Made by a program: the position numbers and the translations under genes
Notes under the pieces: model-generated
Seen by the model: the letters and a program-made list of their open reading frames with translations, nothing else
Databases searched by the model: none
What the model was told of the DNA's origin: nothing
NCBI GenBank assembly: GCA_965262465.1
Contig: OZ253535.1
Location: forward strand, 3,573,704 to 3,637,703
Source of the DNA: an uncultured Pseudohongiella sp.
Lineage (GTDB): Bacteria; Pseudomonadota; Gammaproteobacteria; Pseudomonadales; Pseudohongiellaceae
Length of the DNA: 64,000 nt
Direction: 5' to 3'
Shown: positions 9,380-21,774 of the stretch, in pieces
How the letters are laid out: each line of letters opens with the position of its first letter
Position numbering within the stretch: the first letter of the stretch is position 1

Positions 9380-10315
9380 CTAGAGATAGGAAAGGAAGAC
9401 ACCGAGAAAGATTACTGCGCCTACCCAATTATTGTTAAGAAAAGCTCTGAAGCAAAGTCCAGGCGTGCGGTCTTTGATTAGAAACTGTTGGTATGCGAGT
9501 AATCCGATCGCTGCGACTAAGCTTACATAGTAAACAGTTCCTAATTCGAATCGGTTCCCCGCTAACCACATTGCCACAATAAACATACCTTGCAGTAAAC
9601 CGATCATCAGCTTATCGGCCTCTCCAAACAGTATTGCGGTAGACTTGACCCCTATTTGCTTATCGAACTCTCGATCTACCATGGCATATTGCGTGTCATA
9701 GGCAACAGTCCAAACTGCATTCGCTACGAAAAGTAAGAGCGCCGAGGAAGGGATGGTGTTGGTTTGTGCTGAGAACGCCATCAAGATTCCCCAGGAAAAG
9801 GCAACACCGAGCACCAATTGGGGGAGATTAGTGAATCGCTTCATAAAGGGATAGATCGCGATAACGAGCACGGCGCCAAAAGATAATTGGATGGTTAACA
9901 CGTTGGTTAGTAGGACTAATCCGAATCCCAATACAGACAACACAGCAAAACATGCAAGCGCGTCATTGCGTGTTAAGGCTCCTGTAGCTAACGGTCGTTT
10001 TTCTGTACGACCAACATGCCCATCAATTTTATAATCGGCGAAATCATTCACCGCGCACCCTGCTGCGCGCATGATCGTTGTGCCAAGCACAAAAATTACA
10101 AGCAGATGAAAATCAGGAAATCCTTCTGCCGCAATCCATAAGGCACTAATTGTGGGCCATAACAAAAGGAAGGTCCCGATTGGGCGGTCGAACCGGGTAA
10201 GTTCAATAAACGCAGGAATCTTTGCACTAAATTCCGGGAACCTGGCGCGAAACTTCTTTTGTAAATTAATCCAGAGGGAATCCGGTTTAGGCATACGGTT
10301 GGAACTATAGAACAA
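9380..10315 (-). CDS. ubiA: 4-hydroxybenzoate octaprenyltransferase
   Basis: Colinear with E. coli UbiA (LTRFDRPIGTFLLLWPT, MRAAGCAVNDFADYKIDGHV, AYDTQYAMVDREFDKQIGVKSTAILFG). The start may instead be the second Met at 10294. Confidence 0.9.
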   Translation of the reverse strand: MFYSSNRMPKPDSLWINLQKKFRARFPEFSAKIPAFIELTRFDRPIGTFLLLWPTISALWIAAEGFPDFHLLVIFVLGTTIMRAAGCAVNDFADYKIDGHVGRTEKRPLATGALTRNDALACFAVLSVLGFGLVLLTNVLTIQLSFGAVLVIAIYPFMKRFTNLPQLVLGVAFSWGILMAFSAQTNTIPSSALLLFVANAVWTVAYDTQYAMVDREFDKQIGVKSTAILFGEADKLMIGLLQGMFIVAMWLAGNRFELGTVYYVSLVAAIGLLAYQQFLIKDRTPGLCFRAFLNNNWVGAVIFLGVFLSYL

Positions 10316-10408
10316 CTAAGATACAACGTAGGAGCGCGTAGAATAAAAGGTTTCGACTAAGGTCACAACGCCTGATCTCCCGAGCAAATCCAAAATTTCT
10401 GCAGGGTG

Positions 10409-12496
10409 TTACACGTTTACAAAGTGGATGCGATCCCCAATCCACCGCTCAACCAGTGCATCCACACTATCTGAATGTTGTTCCATGATGATCTCAGATG
10501 CGTGCTTCACATCATCCAACATTGAAGAGTCCCTTCCTATGTCCGCAACTCTAAAAGTCATAAGCCCAGTTTGTTGAGTGCCAAGTACCTGGCCGGGGCC
10601 TCGAAGCTCCAAATCTTTTTCCGCAATGTAAAAGCCATCAGTACTTTCTCTTAATACGGACAACCGTTGCTTTCCGTTATTGGAAAGAGGTGTTTGATAG
10701 AGCAGTATGCAGTGACTTTGAATTGAACCTCGACCAACCCGCCCTCTAAGCTGATGCAGCTGTGCCATGCCCAGTCGTTCAGGATTCTCAATTACCATCA
10801 GACTTGCATTAGGCACATCAACACCGACTTCAATTACTGTGGTGGCAACTAACAACTGCACATCGCCTTGTTTGAATGCGTTCATCACAAGCTGCTTTTG
10901 TTCAGCTTTCAATCGGCCGTGAGCCAGCCCTATTTTTATATCCGGCAATAACTCACTGAGTTGTTGCGCAGTTGCTTCTGCCGCTTGAGCTTGCAAGGAA
11001 TCAGACTCTTCCACCAGGGTGCAAACCCAATATGCTTGATTGCCTTCTTTGCAGGCCTGTTCAATGCGACTAACCACTTCATCGCGACGTTCACTGGAAA
11101 TCAGTGCTGTGTTAACCGGCGTTCTTCCCGGAGGAAGTTCGTTTATCACCGAGCAATCCAAGTCTGCGTAAGCACTCATTGCCAAGGTACGAGGAATGGG
11201 AGTGGCGGTCATTACCAACTGATGAGGGTTTAGCTTTGCAGAACCCCCTTTGTCTCGTAACGCTAAACGCTGATGTACACCAAATCGGTGTTGTTCATCC
11301 ACGATCACTAAGCCGAGTTTGTGAAATTGAACTTCGTCTTGGAACAATGCGTGGGTGCCAATAATCAGTTGAGCCTTTCCATTGGAGATCTGTTGTAGCG
11401 ATTCTCTACGCATAGCTCCTTTTGTTTTGCCGCTCAACCAACCCAATTTGATACCTAGTGGCTCCATCCATTGAGAAAAGTTTAGGAAGTGTTGCTCCGC
11501 TAATATTTCGGTTGGCGCCATGAGGGCAACTTGATAGCCATTGGACACGGCAGCGAGTGCAGCAATGGCAGCCACGACAGTTTTTCCCGAACCAACATCC
11601 CCCTGCAGTAGCCTCAACATCGGACACTGCTTACTCAAATCATGTTCAATCTCACAAATGGCTTGTTGCTGTCCTGAGGTCAGTTGAAATGGCAGTGATG
11701 AAACAAAGGCCTGCTTGCTATCCCCAACAATGGGCAGGGCAGGAGCTTGTTGCTGGTCGTTTAGGCGTTTGAATTGCCGCATGCAGAGTCGATGAGCCAG
11801 TAGCTCTTCGAAGGCTAAGCGTTGCTGACCAGGATTGTGGCCAGCTTCAACCCAGCTCAAAGGCGCATCAATTGGCGGCCGATGAATGAGTCGAATTGAT
11901 TCGGTAAGAGGCTGCAATCCGAAGCGTTCAGTAACAGAAGAGGGTAGAAAGTCTTTCAGGTTTTCTGCCTTATCGAGCAGATCCAATGCCTGATTGATAA
12001 CATTACGTAAACGTCCTTGCTGTAATCCATCGGTAGTTGGATAGATGGCAGTTAACTTGTCAGTAATGGGTTCTTCTTGGCCTTCAGTGAGCACTTTGTA
12101 TTCTGGATGGTAGATTTCCAAACCCGCGCGACCTCTTCTCACTTCGCCGTAACACCGAATGCGAGTGCCCGGTGCAAGAGAATTCTTCTGCGCCGCACTG
12201 AAATGGAAAAAACGCAGACTGATGAGTCCGCTTCCATCAGTGAGTACACAGTGCAGGCTACGGCGGCGGCCAAATTGAATATTGCTGGAGGCAATCTCTC
12301 CTTCGAGCTGTACTGTAGAGCCGATCTTTGCAGATCGAATACTGTGTATCTTAGTTCGGTCTTCGTAACGTAGAGGTAGATGAAAGAGCAAATCTTGCAC
12401 ACAGGTGATTCCAAGCTGTGCGAACTTTTGCTCCAACGCTGGCCCAACACCTTTTAGGGTAGTGAGGGACAAATTCTCTAAGTGCAGACCAGGCAT
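10409..12496 (-). CDS. recG: ATP-dependent DNA helicase RecG
   Basis: 695 aa with a wedge domain, helicase motifs LLQGDVGSGKTVVA, DEQHRFGV and QLRGRVGRG. Confidence 0.95.
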   Translation of the reverse strand: MPGLHLENLSLTTLKGVGPALEQKFAQLGITCVQDLLFHLPLRYEDRTKIHSIRSAKIGSTVQLEGEIASSNIQFGRRRSLHCVLTDGSGLISLRFFHFSAAQKNSLAPGTRIRCYGEVRRGRAGLEIYHPEYKVLTEGQEEPITDKLTAIYPTTDGLQQGRLRNVINQALDLLDKAENLKDFLPSSVTERFGLQPLTESIRLIHRPPIDAPLSWVEAGHNPGQQRLAFEELLAHRLCMRQFKRLNDQQQAPALPIVGDSKQAFVSSLPFQLTSGQQQAICEIEHDLSKQCPMLRLLQGDVGSGKTVVAAIAALAAVSNGYQVALMAPTEILAEQHFLNFSQWMEPLGIKLGWLSGKTKGAMRRESLQQISNGKAQLIIGTHALFQDEVQFHKLGLVIVDEQHRFGVHQRLALRDKGGSAKLNPHQLVMTATPIPRTLAMSAYADLDCSVINELPPGRTPVNTALISSERRDEVVSRIEQACKEGNQAYWVCTLVEESDSLQAQAAEATAQQLSELLPDIKIGLAHGRLKAEQKQLVMNAFKQGDVQLLVATTVIEVGVDVPNASLMVIENPERLGMAQLHQLRGRVGRGSIQSHCILLYQTPLSNNGKQRLSVLRESTDGFYIAEKDLELRGPGQVLGTQQTGLMTFRVADIGRDSSMLDDVKHASEIIMEQHSDSVDALVERWIGDRIHFVNV

Positions 12497-12641
12497 TCGT
12501 TGACTATGGGCCAGAGGATTTCAGAAACAGGATTCTGTTAATGAGATAGTTAAACTCCTTGCAGTATAGGTTCTCTAACTGCAGGGGCCTAGAGAAGGAG
12601 GAAGAAAGTTTGTGGAACTGCAAGCCAACGAGAGAATCGAG

Positions 12642-13025
12642 TTAACCAGCAAGTACTGCTTCTATCTCTACAATTGCGCCCTTGGGTAATGCAGACACTT
12701 CGATTGTTGCTCGTGCTGGATAGGGCTCAGAAAAATTCTGGGCCATGATCTCGTTTACCACAGCAAAGTCACCTAGATCAGTGAGAAATATGGTGAGCTT
12801 GATCGCTCGATCGAGACTTGTGTCAGCTTCTGTAGCTACAGCCTTAAGGTTTTCAAACACCTGCTTAGTCTGTGCTTCAATCCCGCCCTCTACAATCTCC
12901 ATTGATTGAGGATCCAGTGGAATTTGACCTGAGCAAAAAACCACGTCACCAAATCTAACGGCTTGTGAATATGGTCCAATAGCGGCTGGTGCAAGGTCAG
13001 TGTTTATCGGTTTGGGATCACTCAT
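12642..13025 (-). CDS. ridA: RidA/YjgF family reactive intermediate deaminase
   Basis: 127 aa with [12 protein letters not shown]...SGQIPLDP...[21 protein letters not shown]. Start overlaps the spoT stop (ATGA). Confidence 0.9.
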   Translation of the reverse strand: MSDPKPINTDLAPAAIGPYSQAVRFGDVVFCSGQIPLDPQSMEIVEGGIEAQTKQVFENLKAVATEADTSLDRAIKLTIFLTDLGDFAVVNEIMAQNFSEPYPARATIEVSALPKGAIVEIEAVLAG

Positions 13026-15202
13026 GAGTTATGACTACCTAGTGTACGTTTAATAGTTTTGCGCACCGACCGACTCTTCACGCGAGTAACTTTCGATACA
13101 TGCTTAATCAATCGCACTCGCTTCATCACGCGGGCAAGGTGCACACGATTCTTAACATTGATCGAGAGGTTCACGATGCTAAAACGTGCATCTCGTTCAA
13201 CGGTACTGATCTTCTCAATGTTTGCATCAGCACCAGTTATAGTCGTTGCCAATGTAGCGATGATACCCCGTTGATTTTCCAGTTCTACGCGCAGTTCGAC
13301 AGAGAACTCACCCTCAACATCAGGATCCCAACTTACCGACACACATTTCTCGGGATTGTCCCGAATCTCAGCAATATTGTTGCAGTCGTCCGTGTGCACG
13401 ACCATGCCTCTACCGGAGCTGATGTGACCAATGATTGGATCGCCCGGAATTGGGTGACAACACTTCGCATAGTTCATCACCATGCCTTCCGATCCACGAA
13501 TCGCCAGAGTGCCTTGCTCTGATGTATCGCTGGAATCGTCATCTGCCTGCTTGGTATGAGCTGCCAGTCTTTGGGCAATCATATAAGACATGCGATTGCC
13601 GAGGCCGATGTCTTCTAGTAACTGGTCTACTGAATCGAGGTTAGTTTGCGCTAATACTGCATCAATGTTTTCTCTGGGTACTTCATCGAGTTGGCTACTG
13701 AAGCTGGCCAGTGCTTTATTAAGCAGCCGTCGACCAAGGGCTACTGATTCGGAATGTTTCTGGTTTTTCAAATAGTGGCGAATGTTGCTACGTGCTTTAC
13801 CAGTTGAAACGAAACTTAGCCATGCCGGGTTAGGCTGTGTACCCGGCGCCGTGATGACCTCTACGGTTTGGCCACTCTGCAGCGGTTCGGACAATGGCGC
13901 TAAGCGGCGGTTAATACGACAGGCCACACACGAGTTACCAACATCGGTGTGTACCGCATAGGCAAAATCAACTGCAGTTGAGCCGGTTGGTAATTCAAGG
14001 ATTGTGCCTTTAGGCGTAAACACATAAATCTCATCAGGGAAGAGATCGATCTTCACATGCTCGATAAACTCCAGTGAGTTACCCGCATGTTTTTGCATTT
14101 CCAATAAACCGCTTACCCATTCCCTTGCACGCAAGTGAGCATTGGTGGGCAAATCTTCGCTTGATTTATAAAGCCAATGTGCAGCGATACCATTGTTCGC
14201 CATGGCTTCCATTTCTTCTGTGCGAATTTGAATTTCAATCGGTACGCCATGCATTCCAAACAATACGGTGTGCAATGATTGATAGCCATTGGCTTTAGGG
14301 ATGGCGATGTAGTCTTTAAATCGACCTGGCACAGGTTTATACAAATTGTGCACCGCGCCTAACACTCGATAGCAGGTATCTACCGAATCAACGATTATGC
14401 GAAATGCATATACATCCATGATTTCAGAAAAGGAACGACGCTTACTGCGCATCTTTTCGTAGATGCTGTAGAGATGCTTCTCTCTTCCGATAGTGCGGCC
14501 TGGTAAACCTTCGCGCTCGAGGCATGCTTCGAGTGATGTCTGAATTTGCGAAACGATTTCTTTTCGATTGCCGCGGATTCTCTTAACTTCTTCAGAGATT
14601 CGACGTGCCCGCATTGGATAAAGTGCTGCAAAGCCTAGTTCTTCAAACTCGACGCGCACATTGTTCATGCCTAATCTATTGGCAATCGGTGCGTATATAT
14701 CCAAAGTCTCACGAGCGATGCGACGTCGTTTTTCTGGCGCAAGTACTTCCAGTGTTCGCATGTTGTGCAAACGGTCTGCAATTTTTACCAAAATCACCCG
14801 CAGATCTTTAGCCATGGCCATGGCCATCTTCTGAAAGTTCTCTGCCTGTGCTTCGGCACGACTACTAAAAGTAATTTTGTTGAGTTTACTTACACCATCA
14901 ACTAAGTCGGCGACGGTGTTGCCGAACTGCGATTTGATAGCAGTTTTTGTAATGCCAGTATCTTCAATGACGTCGTGCAGCATGGCAGCCATCAGAGACT
15001 GATGGTCCATATGCATTTCGCTCAGGATGCCGGCAACGGCTAGTGGGTGAGAAATGTAAGCTTCGCCGCTACGGCGGAACTGTCCATCATGGGCCTGTTC
15101 CGCGTAGTAGAACGCGCGGCGTACGCTATTAACTTGTTCCTGCTGAAGGTAGCCGGTTAGGTCGGTAGCGAGTGAGTCGATGTTTTCGGTTACGGCTTGC
15201 AT
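13022..15202 (-). CDS. spoT: bifunctional (p)ppGpp synthetase/hydrolase SpoT
   Basis: 726 aa with an HD domain (HPLAVAGIL...LHDVIEDT), a RelA/SpoT synthetase domain (YQSLHT), and TGS and ACT-like C-terminal parts. Confidence 0.95.
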   Translation of the reverse strand: MQAVTENIDSLATDLTGYLQQEQVNSVRRAFYYAEQAHDGQFRRSGEAYISHPLAVAGILSEMHMDHQSLMAAMLHDVIEDTGITKTAIKSQFGNTVADLVDGVSKLNKITFSSRAEAQAENFQKMAMAMAKDLRVILVKIADRLHNMRTLEVLAPEKRRRIARETLDIYAPIANRLGMNNVRVEFEELGFAALYPMRARRISEEVKRIRGNRKEIVSQIQTSLEACLEREGLPGRTIGREKHLYSIYEKMRSKRRSFSEIMDVYAFRIIVDSVDTCYRVLGAVHNLYKPVPGRFKDYIAIPKANGYQSLHTVLFGMHGVPIEIQIRTEEMEAMANNGIAAHWLYKSSEDLPTNAHLRAREWVSGLLEMQKHAGNSLEFIEHVKIDLFPDEIYVFTPKGTILELPTGSTAVDFAYAVHTDVGNSCVACRINRRLAPLSEPLQSGQTVEVITAPGTQPNPAWLSFVSTGKARSNIRHYLKNQKHSESVALGRRLLNKALASFSSQLDEVPRENIDAVLAQTNLDSVDQLLEDIGLGNRMSYMIAQRLAAHTKQADDDSSDTSEQGTLAIRGSEGMVMNYAKCCHPIPGDPIIGHISSGRGMVVHTDDCNNIAEIRDNPEKCVSVSWDPDVEGEFSVELRVELENQRGIIATLATTITGADANIEKISTVERDARFSIVNLSINVKNRVHLARVMKRVRLIKHVSKVTRVKSRSVRKTIKRTLGSHNS

Positions 15203-15269
15203 AGCTTTGCTCTAGCAGCACCACAATGAGCGTTGAAGGCTTTGATACAACGCTCTGACTCTCGCCGAA

Positions 15270-15557
15270 TTAGATTTCAGTTGTGGGTTGATCGCCTTGT
15301 TGTTCAGCGACAGCTTCCGCCATCTCTTCTTCAACTTCTTCTAGTTCAACGCTTGGCTTTTCAACCAGGATTTCAGCGTCTACTAATCCGTCGGCGATCT
15401 CACGTAGAGCAATAACAGTAGGTTTGTCATTGTCTACAGAAACCATTGGGTCTTTGCCTTCGATTTGCAGCTGGCGCGCGCGCTTGCTGGAAACCATGAC
15501 GAGTTCGAAGCGGTTATCTACCTTGTCCAGGCAGTCTTCTACAGTAATTCGTGCCAT
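15270..15557 (-). CDS. rpoZ: RNA polymerase omega subunit
   Basis: [30 protein letters not shown] is the canonical RpoZ N-terminus. Confidence 0.95.
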   Translation of the reverse strand: MARITVEDCLDKVDNRFELVMVSSKRARQLQIEGKDPMVSVDNDKPTVIALREIADGLVDAEILVEKPSVELEEVEEEMAEAVAEQQGDQPTTEI

Positions 15558-15608
15558 TCTATTACCTGTACTACTTATCTGAGAACGATTCTGGGGTTTT
15601 CAAGGCCC

Positions 15609-15636
15609 AGAGAACAAAGACCCCGGAGACCGGGGC
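15609..15636 (-). terminator. possible attenuator or terminator hairpin between gmk and rpoZ
   Basis: CCCCGG-aga-CCGGGG stem-loop (15621-15635). On the minus strand it is followed by the T-rich tract tctttgttctc. Confidence 0.35.
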
Positions 15637-15692
15637 TTCAAGGAGCGGGGATTTTACTGAATTTCCCCTGAAAATGCATTTTTTCCCGTGTT

Positions 15693-16310
15693 TTAGCCTC
15701 TGGTCAGGCTACCCAACAGTTGGCTGAGATTCGTCTGCTGGACCACTGTTTTCAGGCCCTCGGAGCGAATAATGGACCGGATATCTTCTAATGCCCGGTC
15801 AAAGTCGTCATTCACCACGACGAAGTCAGCTTCACATACATGCTCGATCACGCTGCGGGCTTCCGCCATGCGGTCGGCAATGGTCGCTTCGTCGTCTTGT
15901 GCTCTATCTTTCAACCGCTTGGTAAGCGTTTCTAGCGATGGCGGCAGGATAAATATGTAGCAGCAATCGGGATAGAGATTTCTGATTTGTGCTGCGCCTT
16001 GCCAATCGATTTCTAAAATGACGTTAATCCCTTCAGCGAGTTTTTCATTCACCCAGTGTTGCGATGTGCCATAACGAGCACCATAAACCTCAGCGCTTTC
16101 CAGGAAGTCGCCGTTCTGTAACATATCAAGAAACGTGGCTTCGTCTACGAAGTGATAGTTAACACCATCCGTTTCGTTGGGTCGCTTGTCACGAGTAGTG
16201 TGAGAAACAGAAACACAAATCTTGTCATCGTTTTCAACAACAGCGCTTACTAGTGTTGTTTTGCCGGCGCCAGATGGCGCTGTCACGATTATGAGTTTTC
16301 CTTGCGACAT
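15693..16310 (-). CDS. gmk: guanylate kinase
   Basis: P-loop APSGAGKTTL plus SVSHTTRDKRPNETDGVNYHF. Confidence 0.95.
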   Translation of the reverse strand: MSQGKLIIVTAPSGAGKTTLVSAVVENDDKICVSVSHTTRDKRPNETDGVNYHFVDEATFLDMLQNGDFLESAEVYGARYGTSQHWVNEKLAEGINVILEIDWQGAAQIRNLYPDCCYIFILPPSLETLTKRLKDRAQDDEATIADRMAEARSVIEHVCEADFVVVNDDFDRALEDIRSIIRSEGLKTVVQQTNLSQLLGSLTRG

Positions 16311-16324
16311 GAGATTAAGACGAC

Positions 16325-17191
16325 CTATTCAACATTTTGTATCTGTTCGCGCATTTGCTCTATTAATACTTTGAGCTCTACTGCACCGCGAGTGGTTTCA
16401 ACTACAATCGATTTTGATGACAGCGTATTCGCTTCACGATTTAGTTCTTGCATAAGAAAATCTAGGCGACGACCTTTTTGTCCACTGGTTTTTAACACCC
16501 GTTCTACTTCATCAAGATGAGAGTTCAGCCGATCCAACTCTTCATCGACATCAGCTTTTTGCGCCAGCAAAGTAATTTCCTGTTCAAGCCGAGTAGGTTC
16601 CAATTCAACTTTTAATTCAGCGAGCTTGTCGGTTAGTGATTGGCGTTGAGCAGCGATGATGCCCGGCATCTTTTCGCGTAGCTCACTCACTATTTCCCGA
16701 ATCGATTGAATGCGTTGATTAAGGAAGCCTTCCAAATCTGCCCCTTCTCGCTGTCGAGTTGCGAGCAAATCATCTAGAGCAGACTGAAACAATTCCAGAG
16801 CGGCAGTTTCCAGTTCATTACTATCAAGCTGTGACTCGGCGATCACTCCAGGCCATCGCAGAATCTCCATAGTGTTTACTGTGACGTTACCGTCCAGCTG
16901 TTTCTGAATTTCACTATTAGCCTTCGCAAGCTGGTCTACCAATTCACTGTTTATGGAAATTTCTCCTGCGCTCGTATCGTTTAACTGAAAACGAAGTTGG
17001 CACTCAACTTTTCCACGATTCAGTTTTTTACGCACTGCTTCTCTGACAGCGTTTTCCAAACCACGGAAAACTTCTGGCAACCGCACGCTGGTTTCCAAAT
17101 AGCGGTGATTAACAGAACGAATTTCCCAAGTAAGGGATCCCCACTGCTGTTCTGATTGCTGCCGAGAAAAGGCAGTCATGCTTGATGTCAT
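16325..17191 (-). CDS. yicC: YicC family stress-induced protein
   Basis: 288 aa. MTAFSR...WEIRSVNHRYLE N-terminus and ...GRRLDFLMQELNREANTLSSKS C-terminal motif are typical of YicC. Confidence 0.85.
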   Translation of the reverse strand: MTSSMTAFSRQQSEQQWGSLTWEIRSVNHRYLETSVRLPEVFRGLENAVREAVRKKLNRGKVECQLRFQLNDTSAGEISINSELVDQLAKANSEIQKQLDGNVTVNTMEILRWPGVIAESQLDSNELETAALELFQSALDDLLATRQREGADLEGFLNQRIQSIREIVSELREKMPGIIAAQRQSLTDKLAELKVELEPTRLEQEITLLAQKADVDEELDRLNSHLDEVERVLKTSGQKGRRLDFLMQELNREANTLSSKSIVVETTRGAVELKVLIEQMREQIQNVE

Positions 17192-17327
17192 AGCGAAAAC
17201 CTTGTGATTACTAAAGTGTATTCTATCGCAATGTGAGTTTTATAGCAGTGAACTCGCACTAAAAGCGTAATTCGAGGATAATTCGCAGTTCTACACCACT
17301 ACCAAAATCCATTTTGAAGCATCAATT

Positions 17328-18050
17328 ATGTCAGCATCCAGGCCAAGCGGGCGCAACCCAGACCAGTTACGAGATATCAACATTACCCGACGTTATACGA
17401 AGCATGCCGAAGGTTCGGTTCTAATCGAATTCGGTGAAACCAAAGTGCTATGCACAGCATCGGTTGAAGAGGGCGTGCCCCGCTTTCTAAAGGGCTCGGG
17501 TCAGGGCTGGGTTACTGCAGAATACGGCATGCTGCCGCGTTCTACCGGGAGCCGCATGGATCGTGAAGCGGCAAGAGGAAAGCAATCTGGCCGCACCCAG
17601 GAAATACAGCGCCTGATCGGCCGCTCACTGAGAGCGGCAGTAGATATGAATCAGCTTGGCGAAAACACAATCAAGATCGATTGTGATGTCATTCAAGCTG
17701 ACGGCGGCACCCGAACGGCTTCCATTACAGGCGGCTGCGTTGCATTAGTTGATGCGTTAACTTATTTGCAAGATAAGAAAATTATTTCGACCAATCCATT
17801 GAAGCAATTGGTTGCTTCTGTATCGGTAGGAGTCTGTGCTGGTCAGCCTGTACTGGACTTAGATTACGCAGAAGACTCTACCGCAGAAACAGACATGAAT
17901 GTTGTTATGACTGAGCGGGGTGGATTTATTGAGATTCAAGGTACTGGCGAGGACGGTGACTTTTCACACGGCCAGTTACTAGAAATGATCGCACTGGCGG
18001 AACATGGAATTAAAGGCTTGCTACAAGCCCAGCGTAACAGCTTAGACTAA
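17328..18050 (+). CDS. rph: ribonuclease PH
   Basis: [42 protein letters not shown]... is the canonical Rph N-terminus. Confidence 0.95.
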   Translation: MSASRPSGRNPDQLRDINITRRYTKHAEGSVLIEFGETKVLCTASVEEGVPRFLKGSGQGWVTAEYGMLPRSTGSRMDREAARGKQSGRTQEIQRLIGRSLRAAVDMNQLGENTIKIDCDVIQADGGTRTASITGGCVALVDALTYLQDKKIISTNPLKQLVASVSVGVCAGQPVLDLDYAEDSTAETDMNVVMTERGGFIEIQGTGEDGDFSHGQLLEMIALAEHGIKGLLQAQRNSLD

Positions 18051-18079
18051 AGCAACTAACAATATAGAAGTGATAAGAG

Positions 18080-18736
18080 ATGCAAGATTTTCAGAAAGCG
18101 TTTTTAGATTTCGTTGTTGAACATGAAATTTTGAAATTCGGCGAATTCACTTTAAAGTCTGGGCGAGTCAGCCCTTACTTTTTTAATGCCGGGCTTTTCA
18201 ACACAGGAACTAAACTCGCATTTCTTTCTCAATGTTATGCCGCCGCTATTGCTGACTCTGGCGCTGAATACGATGTGTTATTCGGTCCAGCCTATAAAGG
18301 CATTCCACTTGCAGCTGCTACTGCGCTCGCACTCGCCAATCACCACAACATCGATAAGCCATATTGCTTTAATCGCAAAGAAGCAAAAGATCATGGAGAA
18401 GGTGGCTCGATCGTCGGTGCCCAGTTAAGTGGTAACGTATTGGTGGTGGATGATGTGATAACCGCTGGCACTGCTATTCGAGAGGCAGTAGAAATTATTC
18501 AGCAGAATGGCGCTAACCTGGCGTCAATTGCTGTTGCTATGGACCGCCAGGAAAGAGGAACGGGTAGCACATCAGCGATTCAAGAAATCGAACAAACCTA
18601 CCAAATCAAAGTTGTTAGTATCATTACCTTGCAACACATCGTTGACTATTTAGAGCGTGCAAATAACAACGAACTGCAATCTCACTTGTCAGCAGTGCAA
18701 GCTTATCGTTCTGAGTATGGTGTAGAAGCGAGCTAA
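18080..18736 (+). CDS. pyrE: orotate phosphoribosyltransferase
   Basis: [21 protein letters not shown] and the PRPP motif [16 protein letters not shown]. Confidence 0.95.
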   Translation: MQDFQKAFLDFVVEHEILKFGEFTLKSGRVSPYFFNAGLFNTGTKLAFLSQCYAAAIADSGAEYDVLFGPAYKGIPLAAATALALANHHNIDKPYCFNRKEAKDHGEGGSIVGAQLSGNVLVVDDVITAGTAIREAVEIIQQNGANLASIAVAMDRQERGTGSTSAIQEIEQTYQIKVVSIITLQHIVDYLERANNNELQSHLSAVQAYRSEYGVEAS

Positions 18737-19356
18737 CCGACGTTAGCTGCAGAAGGTGCGGAGAACGGCTCAAGCAAGTTTCGGCTCAGAAATTCCCACT
18801 GAGTTTCCCAATGTTCCAATGGAGAATCTTTGAATTCACTGCGGACGAATTGAATCAATCGACCTTCGCAACTTGCCAGCAATAAATTGGCCAGTGCTGC
18901 GGCAGACACACTGGGTTTCATGTTTTCTCTAATCTGAGCTTCCCGCAATACCTGTTTAAGTTGCGCTTCTAGACGATCAAAGAACTGCGCGATTCGTTCC
19001 CGCAGTCGCTCAGTTTCACCTGCCAGTGCGTCGCCAGTCATAATTCGAGTCATGCCGGGATTTTTATCAGAGAAAGTGAGAAGCAAGGTCAAGATCTTAT
19101 AGCAACGCTGCTCGGCATTACTTTCTTCTTTTAAGATACGGGAAATACGTTGGAAGAGTGTGTCCTCAATAAATTTTATGAGGCCCTCAAACATGCGCGC
19201 TTTGCTGGGGAAATGGCGATAGAGCGCCGCTTCAGAGACCCCGACTTCCTTCGCCAAGGCCGCCGTCGTGATTCGCTCACCCGGAGCGGTCTCCAGCATT
19301 CGAGCCAAAGCCTGCAATATCTGATCTTTGCGCGACACTTTATTGGAATTGTCCAT
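18733..19356 (-). CDS. slmA: nucleoid occlusion factor SlmA (TetR fold)
   Basis: [43 protein letters not shown] is colinear with E. coli SlmA. It sits at the usual position next to pyrE. Confidence 0.9.
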   Translation of the reverse strand: MDNSNKVSRKDQILQALARMLETAPGERITTAALAKEVGVSEAALYRHFPSKARMFEGLIKFIEDTLFQRISRILKEESNAEQRCYKILTLLLTFSDKNPGMTRIMTGDALAGETERLRERIAQFFDRLEAQLKQVLREAQIRENMKPSVSAAALANLLLASCEGRLIQFVRSEFKDSPLEHWETQWEFLSRNLLEPFSAPSAANVG

Positions 19357-19386
19357 TTAGGTTCCCAGCAACCGTCTGTTCGGCTC

Positions 19387-20304
<918 letters not shown>

Positions 20305-20321
20305 TTAACTAATTCCTTTTA

Positions 20322-21743
20322 CTAAAAATCTAAATCAACGTTGTTATCTGCGGTTTGAATCAGTGCTTTAAATCGTTCAATGATTTCGTCAAGTTGTTGT
20401 GCGCTGCTTGCTTCGAATCTCAACAGGAGTGCCGGGCTTGTATTAGATGCTCTGACTAATCCCCAGCCGTTTTCAAACTCAACTCTTAATCCGTCTAATG
20501 TATTGCAATGTCCGTCGGGAAAATCTGCTAACTGAACAATCTTATTCACTAACTCAAACTTACTTTGTTCGTCGACTGCTATCTTTATTTCTGGCGTACT
20601 GAATGGCACTGCATAGTGAGCAAATTGTTCACTAGTCGATGCATCTTGTTGGCTGAGTATCTCCACAATTCGTGCGGCGGTGTATATCCCATCATCAAAT
20701 CCATACCAACGATCCTTTAGAAACACATGGGCCGCATACTCACCACCGAGCGGCGCATTGGTTTCTTGCATCTTCTGCTTCATAAAGGAATGTCCACTTC
20801 GATGCATTACTGGTTGCATACCAGAATCTCGAATTAGCTCTTCCAGTGATTTACTGCACTTCACATCGAACACGACGGCTTCGCCAGGGTAATGCGGTGC
20901 AATCGCTTGGGTAAGCAACATCAGCATCTTGTCCGCATTGATTTCTTCACCGAGATTGGTAACCAGGCCCAGCCTGTCGCCATCGCCATCGAATGCAATG
21001 CCCAGGTCGGCTTCGTTGTCTTTCACTGCTGCCACCAATGACTGTAGGTTTTTGCTGACAGTCGGATCAGGGTGGTGGTTAGGAAAGCTGCCATCGATAT
21101 CGCCAAACAAGGTGTCAACCTGACATCCCAGCTTGGAAAACAATGTCGGTGCAACATTGGAAGGAACAGCGTTTCCGCAGTCCAACACTACCTTCATGGG
21201 TTTGGCGATATCTATTCGATTGCACACCTCTCCTATATATGAGGTGTTAATGTCTCGCTGAGTTAGATCTCCTTGCCCTGTAGCGAATGCTTTTTCAGCC
21301 ACCCGTTGTCTTATTTTTTGGATCTGATCATCCGCTAAACAAGACTTGTTGAAGACAATTTTCAGTCCGTTGTAGTTTGCCGGATTGTGACTCGCTGTCA
21401 GCATGACGCCGGAATGAATCTCAGTCGTATGAGTTGCAAAATACAACAACGGTGTTGGAATCATTCCCAGCGAAACAACGGAACAGCCTGAGTCTCTTAA
21501 GCCGGCGATTAGCGCTTCCGACAACGTAGGGCTCGATAGTCTGCCATCAAAACCTACATAAAGAGTATCTATGCCTTTCTCTATCGCTTCACTACCGATA
21601 GCCTTACTAATAAGTAGAACAGACTTTTCCGAAAGCTCGGTATCAACAACTCCGCGGATGTCATACGCACGAAAAACAGAAGCCGGGACTTCTATCTCCT
21701 GTTGCTCACTGAAACTTTCTGTTAAGTGAAGCGAATGGTCCAT
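20322..21743 (-). CDS. algC: phosphomannomutase/phosphoglucomutase
   Basis: Colinear with P. aeruginosa AlgC (FRAYDIRGVV, active-site TASHNPANYNGLK, FDGDGDRLG, GEYAAHVF). Confidence 0.9.
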   Translation of the reverse strand: MDHSLHLTESFSEQQEIEVPASVFRAYDIRGVVDTELSEKSVLLISKAIGSEAIEKGIDTLYVGFDGRLSSPTLSEALIAGLRDSGCSVVSLGMIPTPLLYFATHTTEIHSGVMLTASHNPANYNGLKIVFNKSCLADDQIQKIRQRVAEKAFATGQGDLTQRDINTSYIGEVCNRIDIAKPMKVVLDCGNAVPSNVAPTLFSKLGCQVDTLFGDIDGSFPNHHPDPTVSKNLQSLVAAVKDNEADLGIAFDGDGDRLGLVTNLGEEINADKMLMLLTQAIAPHYPGEAVVFDVKCSKSLEELIRDSGMQPVMHRSGHSFMKQKMQETNAPLGGEYAAHVFLKDRWYGFDDGIYTAARIVEILSQQDASTSEQFAHYAVPFSTPEIKIAVDEQSKFELVNKIVQLADFPDGHCNTLDGLRVEFENGWGLVRASNTSPALLLRFEASSAQQLDEIIERFKALIQTADNNVDLDF

Positions 21744-21774
21744 GACAATTCTGAACGTTGCCTTGTTTGAGTTG

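Noticed and set aside
1449-15671. Numerous 60-140-aa track ORFs nested in or antisense to conserved genes (for example 1449-1712, 1878-2171, 8465-8842, 10961-11233, 13100-13522, 14395-14631).
   Set aside because: Each lies wholly inside a gene with strong full-length homology on another frame or strand. Their translations show no motifs and have skewed composition, so they are typical shadow ORFs.
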